From assembly GCF_036365525.1 (NCBI RefSeq), contig NC_090413.1, positions 26,860,262 to 26,924,261 on the forward strand: 64,000 nt of DNA, given 5' to 3'. Below the pieces are notes generated by a model. It worked only from the letters and a program-made list of their open reading frames with translations. It did not search any database and was not told the origin of the DNA. This document shows positions 63,383 to 64,000 of this stretch, piece by piece; position 1 is the first letter of the stretch; the number at the start of each line of letters is the position of its first letter. A program made the translations under genes and the position numbers. The DNA comes from Heterodontus francisci. Its lineage: Eukaryota.

Positions 63383-64000
63383 GTGAGTCCCAGATCTACG
63401 TGTCCCACCTGCATCTCAGGAAACCTATGACATTACAGTGGTTGGCAACAGTCTGCAAGCCTCCAGCCACTGAATTCCAGGTCTGAGGCACACTGCGTGG
63501 AGAGGGACAGAGCGCTGGCTCGGGAGATGCTCTCACCTGAATTATTGATGTAGACTGATGCATCCATTATCCACACTCCCGTCACCCACCTCAATTTCCA
63601 CATTACACAGCCCCGTACAGCATGGCAGGTCATTACACTGCTTCCTTTCCTGTTGATTAAAACTACAGAAGGTGCCTTCGTTAATTGTTTTGTACTCCTC
63701 TTCATTCCTGCACCTCGGAGTACAGTGGGTAGCACTCTGGCTGTGGGTTCAAGTCTCACTCCAGAGACTAGACTGACACTCCCAGTGCAGTACTGAGGGA
63801 GGGCTGCGTTGTTGGCAGATGTTGCCTTTTGGAGGGTGATTGACACTCCTGAGACTACTGTATTCCTCTCAATCAGCAGGGAGCAGGAGGATACTGACTA
63901 AAAGAAAACCTCAAGAAGGACTCTTCATAATGTCACAATGTGCTGCATTATGCAATGAAGGGACAATGATCACTGCCCAGAGATCTCCCAAAGTAAGAAC

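Overview
Vertebrate genomic DNA, most likely from a cartilaginous fish (inferred from the HE1/V-SINE, Deu-domain SINE and CR1 repeat landscape). I reconstructed five spliced genes by hand, with GT-AG boundaries and consistent phases. (1) The last five coding exons of DCAF15 (+). (2) A two-coding-exon, 69-aa G-protein gamma subunit of the GNG5/GNG10 type (-), which the ORF track does not show as a gene. (3) A complete CLPP (+, about 247 aa). (4) A complete but divergent SSX2IP/ADIP-like gene (+, about 607 aa), with a CCAAT-rich CDE/CHR-type promoter. (5) The first ten exons of lysosomal alpha-mannosidase MAN2B1 (+), with three CLEAR-like promoter motifs. DCAF15, CLPP and MAN2B1 lie on human 19p13, while GNG5 and SSX2IP are neighbours on human 1p22. 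The G-gamma and SSX2IP-like genes therefore look like whole-genome-duplication paralogs retained here and absent from human 19p13 (inference; needs phylogeny). Introns hold a 5'-truncated RPS12 retrocopy, a young RTE LINE nested in a CR1, a hAT MITE with an 8-bp TSD, a 50-bp minisatellite, a 0.95-kb polypyrimidine tract, a local 270-bp duplication, and many CR1/L2/SINE fragments. Repeat boundaries are approximate and family names come from recognition, not searches.
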